This document shows positions 59,329-64,000 of a DNA stretch of 64,000 nt, piece after piece. The number at the start of each line of letters is the position of its first letter. Position 1 is the first letter of the stretch. This DNA is from Clostridia bacterium (lineage in GTDB: Bacteria > Bacillota > Clostridia > Oscillospirales > CAG-272). The stretch spans positions 146 to 64,145 of the forward strand of contig JAFWYJ010000010.1 of assembly GCA_017517745.1 (NCBI GenBank), read 5' to 3'. The notes beneath the pieces are model-generated. The model did not search any database, had not been told where the DNA came from, and saw only the letters and a list, made by a program, of their open reading frames with translations. The position numbers were made by a program, and so were the translations under genes.

Positions 59329-60564
59329 ATGAACTGTCGTTTCAGGCGTACCAAGCTTGCTTGCTACGCCACCAATATCTCCATGTCGGTCATCAGCAAT
59401 TTCCCGCCGCTTCTGTTTTTGACCTTTCGCGCGCTCTACCGGATCTCCTATTCCCTTTTGGGACTGTTGGTTCTGGTCAACTTCTGTACCCAGCTTGCGG
59501 TCGATCTGATCTTTTCCTTTTTCTCTCATAAATTCAACATTCCGTTGACGGTCAAATTCACTCCCGTGCTGTCGGTGCTGGGGCTGTTGCTCTTTGCCGC
59601 CGCCCCCGTTCTCTTCCCCGCAAACGTCTATCTCGGATTGGTCCTGGGAACGATCGTCTTCTCGGCATCCAGCGGCTTGGCGGAGGTGCTGATCAGCCCC
59701 GTCATTGCGGCGATCCCCGCCGAAAACCCCGAGCATGAAATGAGCAAGCTTCATTCGATCTATGCCTGGGGCGTGGTGTTTGTGATCCTTGTCAGCACAC
59801 TCTTTCTTTTGTTTCTGGACGCGAAATATTGGCAGATCCTTTCCCTCTTGTTCGCCCTGGTTCCGCTCACTGCGGCGATCCTGTTTGCGGGAGCAAAAAT
59901 TCCCGCCATGGAGACGCCCGAACGCGTTTCGGGCGCATTGACTCTGTTAAAAAACAAAGGCCTTTGGCTTTGCATCGCGGCAATTTTTCTCGGCGGCGCA
60001 TCCGAATGCACGATGGCACAGTGGGGCTCGGGATATCTCGAGCAGGCGCTCGGAATTCCCAAGGCATGGGGCGATATCTTCGGTGTCGCGATGTTTGCCG
60101 TGATGCTGGGACTCGGTCGTTCACTCTATGCAAAATACGGCAAAAGCATTGAAAAGTTTCTGTTTTGGTCTGCCGTCGGCGCAACGCTCTGCTATTTCAC
60201 CGCGGCGGTTTCCCCGTTCCCCCTTCTCGGACTCATTGCTTGCGGTCTGACCGGTTTTTGCACCGCAATGATGTGGCCGGGCGCGCTCATCATCGGTTCT
60301 GACCGTTTTCCCTCGGGCGGCGTGTTTATTTACGCCATCATGGCGGCGGGAGGCGATCTGGGCGCATCGGTCGGTCCGCAGCTGGTCGGCATCATCACCG
60401 ACACGGTGGCGGCAAACGCTTCCGCCGCCTCTCTTGCACAGACCCTGAGCCTCACGCCCGAGCAACTCGGCATGAAGCTCGGGATGCTGGTCGGAATGCT
60501 CTTTCCGCTGTTCGCGATCGCGGTTTTTGCACGTATCCGACACACGGCAAAGAAAGCAAAGTAA
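59329..60564 (+). CDS. MFS transporter
   Basis: About 12 TM helices. ATG 59329 follows GGAGGA. Confidence 0.75.
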   Translation: MNCRFRRTKLACYATNISMSVISNFPPLLFLTFRALYRISYSLLGLLVLVNFCTQLAVDLIFSFFSHKFNIPLTVKFTPVLSVLGLLLFAAAPVLFPANVYLGLVLGTIVFSASSGLAEVLISPVIAAIPAENPEHEMSKLHSIYAWGVVFVILVSTLFLLFLDAKYWQILSLLFALVPLTAAILFAGAKIPAMETPERVSGALTLLKNKGLWLCIAAIFLGGASECTMAQWGSGYLEQALGIPKAWGDIFGVAMFAVMLGLGRSLYAKYGKSIEKFLFWSAVGATLCYFTAAVSPFPLLGLIACGLTGFCTAMMWPGALIIGSDRFPSGGVFIYAIMAAGGDLGASVGPQLVGIITDTVAANASAASLAQTLSLTPEQLGMKLGMLVGMLFPLFAIAVFARIRHTAKKAK

Positions 60565-60576
60565 ATCATCAAAAAA

Positions 60577-60604
60577 CAGGATCGAACGAAGCCGTTCGAT
60601 CCTG
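60577..60604. terminator. bidirectional terminator between MFS and yigZ
   Basis: CAGGATCGAACG-aagc-CGTTCGATCCTG, flanked by an A-run and a T-run. Confidence 0.8.
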
Positions 60605-60608
60605 TTTT

Positions 60609-61238
60609 TTATCGATAATCAAAGCGTTGTCCCAGCACCTTTGCCTGATCCCGTCCTCCACTCAACTCCTGAATAAAGCGAAACAGATCCTCCACCACAC
60701 CGTCCTTCACCGCAAACACCAAGCGCACGCGATCCGAAAATTCGGTGTCGTCGGTGATCGCTCCAAAGCGCGGAAGCTCGGCAAGATAGCGCTGATAGTC
60801 CGAATAGGAGCAGCAAAGCTCCAAAACGGTGTATTGCTCGTACGTGATGATATGCGCCGCCTCCAGCGCCAGCTTGGCGGTGTGGGAATAGGCTCTCACA
60901 AGCCCTCCGGCACCCAGCAAGATGCCGCCGAAATAGCGCGTCACAACTACCACAGCATCGGTCACGCCCGACTTTCGAATGGTGTCCAGCACGGGAACAC
61001 CTGCCGTTCCCTGCGGCTCCCCATCATCCGAATAGCGCGCCACGATCTCGCCCTTCATCAGATACGCCCACACGTTGTGCCGCGCGTCCATATACGCACT
61101 TTTTTGCTTTTTGATATACGCCTGTGCCTCTTCCTCGCTTTTGACGGGGATCGCGTGACCGATGAACACCGATTTTTTCTCGACGAACTCGGCAACACCC
61201 TCCTGCTCCAGCGTGGTGTATAAAACTGCGTCTGCCAT
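60609..61238 (-). CDS. yigZ: YigZ/IMPACT-family protein
   Basis: KKSVFIGHAIPV...ARHNVWAY...DDGEPQGTAGVPVL...VTRYFGGILLGAGGL. Confidence 0.85.
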   Translation of the reverse strand: MADAVLYTTLEQEGVAEFVEKKSVFIGHAIPVKSEEEAQAYIKKQKSAYMDARHNVWAYLMKGEIVARYSDDGEPQGTAGVPVLDTIRKSGVTDAVVVVTRYFGGILLGAGGLVRAYSHTAKLALEAAHIITYEQYTVLELCCSYSDYQRYLAELPRFGAITDDTEFSDRVRLVFAVKDGVVEDLFRFIQELSGGRDQAKVLGQRFDYR

Positions 61239-61269
61239 CGTTTTTTCGATACCTTTCAAAAACTTGTTG

Positions 61270-62553
61270 TCAATCTTCCACGGGATCCTTCCAATCAGGA
61301 TCAAAGCGTCTGAGCATGCCGTGGATCTTCGCGTCGACGATCGCCGTCACGGTCATTCCCTCAGCACCATATTCCACGTCCTCCACCGTCGCGTTTTGAT
61401 ACAGCGTATTCAACGCGCCGCCCTCACTGTTGGGGATCTGAAAGACCACGCGACGTTTTCCCGCGTGCAAGATCTTTTGCAAGGTTTCCACCAACAGCTC
61501 CATGCCCTGCCCTGTTTTTGCCGAAACAGCAACCGTGTGCGTGTGTTTGGCAGGCACACCGATCGAAGGAAGCCCTGCCGCGCCGAGGTCGCATTTATTG
61601 AACACGTAAAGCGTCGGCTTTCCCGCCGCTCCCAGCTCGCCCAAGAGTCTCTCGGTGACCTCCAGCTGTGCCGCATATTCGGGATCCGAAACGTCGATCA
61701 CGATCATCAGAACGTCGGCGTAAACCGCCTCGTCCAGCGTCGATTTGAACGCCTTGATCAGATGGTGCGGCAGCTTGCGAATGAATCCGACCGTGTCGGT
61801 CAAAAGCACGCTCTCGCCCGACGGCAATTCAAACTTTCGCGTGGTGGGGTCGAGCGTTGCGAACAGCTTGTCTTCGGCAAGGATCCCCGCATCGGTCAGA
61901 CGGTTGAGCAGCGTCGACTTTCCCGCGTTGGTGTATCCCACGATCGCGATCTTCGGAATTCCACTGCGGTCACGCGCGGCGCGCATGGTCTGACGGTTCT
62001 TGTCAAGCACGCGCAGCTCCTCTTCGAGCGCAACGATTCGGTGCTTCATGTGGCGTCGATCCGACTCCAGCTTACTCTCGCCGGGACCTCGCGTACCAAT
62101 ACCACCGCCCAAACGCGAAAGATCCTTGCCCTGTCCCGTAAGTCTTGGCGCGGTGTATTTGAGCTGAGCCAGCTCGACCTGCAGCTTTCCCTCGCGGCTG
62201 ACTGCGTGGAGCGCGAAAATATCCAAAATCAAAATCGAACGGTCGATCACGCGCACATCGTTTCCGATCTCGTCCTCGAGATTGCGGATCTGCGACGGTG
62301 AAAGCTCCTCGTCAAACACCACCAGCTCCACGTCATTCCCCGCGCAAAGTGCCGCCAGCTCACGTACCTTTCCCGAGCCGATCAGGGTGCGCGGATCGGG
62401 CTTGTCCTTGTTTTGGATCAGCTTGGCAAGACAAACACCGCCGGCAGTGTCCAACAGACGCTCCAGCTCATCTATGCTTTTTTCCAGCTCTTCGGCACTG
62501 CTCTCGTCAGTGCAAAGACCAACGAGAACCGCTTTTGTCGCTTGATATTCCAT
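61270..62553 (-). CDS. hflX: GTPase HflX
   Basis: GSGKVRELA..., REGKLQVELAQLKY, GYTNAGKSTLLN. ATG 62553 lies 5 nt after GGGAGG. Confidence 0.92.
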   Translation of the reverse strand: MEYQATKAVLVGLCTDESSAEELEKSIDELERLLDTAGGVCLAKLIQNKDKPDPRTLIGSGKVRELAALCAGNDVELVVFDEELSPSQIRNLEDEIGNDVRVIDRSILILDIFALHAVSREGKLQVELAQLKYTAPRLTGQGKDLSRLGGGIGTRGPGESKLESDRRHMKHRIVALEEELRVLDKNRQTMRAARDRSGIPKIAIVGYTNAGKSTLLNRLTDAGILAEDKLFATLDPTTRKFELPSGESVLLTDTVGFIRKLPHHLIKAFKSTLDEAVYADVLMIVIDVSDPEYAAQLEVTERLLGELGAAGKPTLYVFNKCDLGAAGLPSIGVPAKHTHTVAVSAKTGQGMELLVETLQKILHAGKRRVVFQIPNSEGGALNTLYQNATVEDVEYGAEGMTVTAIVDAKIHGMLRRFDPDWKDPVED

Positions 62554-62568
62554 AAACACCTCCCGTTT

Positions 62569-62618
62569 ATGGGGCGCTGCCCCATACCCCGCGCAAGAAA
62601 CTTTTGAAAAAGTTTCTT
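62569..62618. repeat. composite REP-like element
   Basis: ATGGGGC-gct-GCCCCAT, ACCCCGCGC, AAGAAACTTTT-ga-AAAAGTTTCTT, then TTCAAAACTTTT. It shares CCCCATACCCC with copy d. Confidence 0.6.
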
Positions 62619-62649
62619 ACGAATCTTCAAAACTTTTCAAAAAGACGAA

Positions 62650-62691
62650 AAACGGGCGAGTTCCGTCGCAATATGCGCAGCTCGCCCGTTT
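62650..62691 (-). terminator. rpmE terminator
   Basis: AAACGGGCGAG...CTCGCCCGTTT followed by TTCGTCTTT (minus strand). Confidence 0.7.
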
Positions 62692-62712
62692 ATCAGAAAC
62701 CAAAGCCAAGAA

Positions 62713-62922
62713 TTACTTCTTGAAGTTTTCGAGTCTTCTCTTGAACTTGTCAACACGTCCGCCGGCGTCAACAAACTTCTGCTTACCGGTGAAGAAGGGA
62801 TGGCACTTGGAGCAGATATCAACTCTCAGATCGCCGCCCTTGGTGGACTTGGTTTCAACGACCTCGCCGCAAGCACATCTGATCTTGCAGACCTCGTAAC
62901 TAGGATGGATTCCGTCTTTCAT
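62713..62922 (-). CDS. rpmE: 50S ribosomal protein L31 (Zn-ribbon type)
   Basis: [19 protein letters not shown]...[13 protein letters not shown]. Confidence 0.92.
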   Translation of the reverse strand: MKDGIHPSYEVCKIRCACGEVVETKSTKGGDLRVDICSKCHPFFTGKQKFVDAGGRVDKFKRRLENFKK

Positions 62923-63018
62923 CTTCATGTACCTCTTTTCAAAAATTTGATGTTCTTTGACATCAGAGAACCGCGTCACGCGCGGCAAACATCAGTATTA
63001 TATCATAAAAGAAAAGAA

Positions 63019-63050
63019 AATGCAATACTTTTTTCAAAAAAAGTTGCATT
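63019..63050 (-). terminator. terminator of the PHP gene
   Basis: AATGCAACTTTTTT-tg-AAAAAAGTATTGCATT followed by TTCTTTTC (minus strand). Confidence 0.6.
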
Positions 63051-63069
63051 TCCTTTCAATTCTTTTCAA

Positions 63070-63765
63070 TCAGCCGTCCAACAACGGATTCTGCATCTTG
63101 AAGATCTTGCCTTCTCCGTTTTTCACGCGCACCACAAAGTCGGCAACGTCTGCAATCGGCGCTTCAAACTGCAAGCCCGCCAGCTTTCCGTGTGCTTTTC
63201 CGGCATGGTTATCACTTCCCGCAAAGGGCAAAAGCGCATAACTTTCGGCATATTGCTTCGCCATTTCATTGCAAAAATCCGAGCGGCTGGAATTCCAAAT
63301 CTCCACACCGTGAACCGCGCGAGGGAACAAACGGATATGGTCGATATAACTCGCCTCGCGGAACGGATGCGCGTGGATGACCAACGCGCCCTCATTCATC
63401 ATCAGGGCAAGCTCCTCGCTCTTTTTCATCCCTTCAATCTCGGGATGCGCCAAAAACCACGCCTTATCCAAGCCATACACCAAAAAATCGGTTCCGCGAT
63501 AAGCCAACTCAACGCCCCCAAAAACGCTCAGACCGATCTCCTTGCCGATCTCAACGCCTTCCTCATAATCCGAAAAGTAAAAATCAATGCGTTCTTCATA
63601 AGGCAGCGAGCGATCGACGTTGATATTTCCATCAAGGAAATGATTGGTTAAAAAAACGCCGGCATATCCCAAAGACTGGTAAAACTCCAAGGTTTCTCTC
63701 ACACCGGCTCTTGCGCACTTGCTCACGGGAGCGGTGTGAAGATGCGTTTCGTAAAGATAGGACAT
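63070..63765 (-). CDS. PHP-domain metal-dependent phosphoesterase
   Basis: MSYLYETHLHTAPVSKCA...VIHAHPFRE...GSDNH. RBS AAGGAG. Confidence 0.8.
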   Translation of the reverse strand: MSYLYETHLHTAPVSKCARAGVRETLEFYQSLGYAGVFLTNHFLDGNINVDRSLPYEERIDFYFSDYEEGVEIGKEIGLSVFGGVELAYRGTDFLVYGLDKAWFLAHPEIEGMKKSEELALMMNEGALVIHAHPFREASYIDHIRLFPRAVHGVEIWNSSRSDFCNEMAKQYAESYALLPFAGSDNHAGKAHGKLAGLQFEAPIADVADFVVRVKNGEGKIFKMQNPLLDG

Positions 63766-63785
63766 AAAAATCTCCTTTTATGCAA

Positions 63786-63812
63786 AAAAGCAAACCAAGT
63801 TGGTTTGCTTTT
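63786..63812. terminator. terminator downstream of the 23S rRNA gene
   Basis: AAAAGCAAACCAA-g-TTGGTTTGCTTTT. Confidence 0.7.
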
Positions 63813-63899
63813 CGTTCTGAACTTACGTTCATAGAAAATCGAATAAAAGAATCGATGATGAATTAAGCGAAACTCATAAATTGCTTGTTTGAACTATTG

Positions 63900-64000
63900 A
63901 AGTTCAAGCCCTCGGTCTATTAGTATCGGTCAGCTGAACACATTACTGTGCTTACACCTCCGACCTATCAAACTTGTAGTCTGCAAGTGACCTTACCTAA
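63900..64000 (-). rRNA. rrl: 23S rRNA, 3'-terminal ~100 nt (gene continues beyond the window)
   Basis: The reverse complement aligns by eye to the conserved 23S 3' end (..CCTATCAA..GCTTACAC..AGCT.AAC..ATTAGTA.CGGT..GCTT.AAC). Confidence 0.85.

Noticed and set aside
63813-63899. Spacer after 23S, examined as a possible 5S rRNA
   Set aside because: It is too short and too AT-rich, and no 5S helix I or loop E-like sequence is recognisable by eye.

Overview
This is a 64-kb chromosomal segment from a moderately high-G+C Firmicute. The gene content looks like Clostridia: fhs, reverse rubrerythrin, rqcH, whiA, type II pantothenate kinase and DnaE. I can support about 60 protein genes, a tRNA-Gly/Arg/His operon, and the 3' end of a 23S rRNA gene at the right edge. 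Several track ORFs had their starts re-set using RBS and ATG evidence. Three CDS absent from the ORF track are added: an edge-truncated COG0523 GTPase at 1..780, a 51-aa rubredoxin, and a 46-aa membrane peptide. Most of the window is core housekeeping: recA-recX, ftsK, dnaE, whiA-murB, coaE, prfA, tsaC, a topoisomerase IIA A subunit, lgt, trpS, dgt-dnaG-rpoD, hflX and rpmE. Many genes have near-consensus TTGACA-17-TATAAT promoters and clear hairpin terminators. Four patches are irregular. (1) An envelope-glycan cluster at 1.5-7.5 kb contains a GT2 + DUF2304 + DUF2142-like trio. (2) An oxidative-stress locus at 11.9-14.9 kb (DUF134 regulator, reverse rubrerythrin, ferritin, rubredoxin) has an exact 61-bp duplication bracketing a 1.75-kb cassette and a pile of gene fragments. 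(3) A visibly AT-rich islet at 43.0-45.3 kb carries an HTH-TPR regulator, a GNAT and a decayed Y1/RAYT-like transposase remnant. (4) A dispersed family of perfectly palindromic REP-like elements (core GGGGAGCTTTT-N-AAAAGCTCCCC) shows concordant changes in both arms. I see no CRISPR array, no intact IS or prophage, and no recognisable defence, toxin-antitoxin or restriction module. I cannot point to a convincing new multi-gene system. The best leads are listed as findings with explicit tests. The long antisense ORFs in the track are rejected as artefacts.
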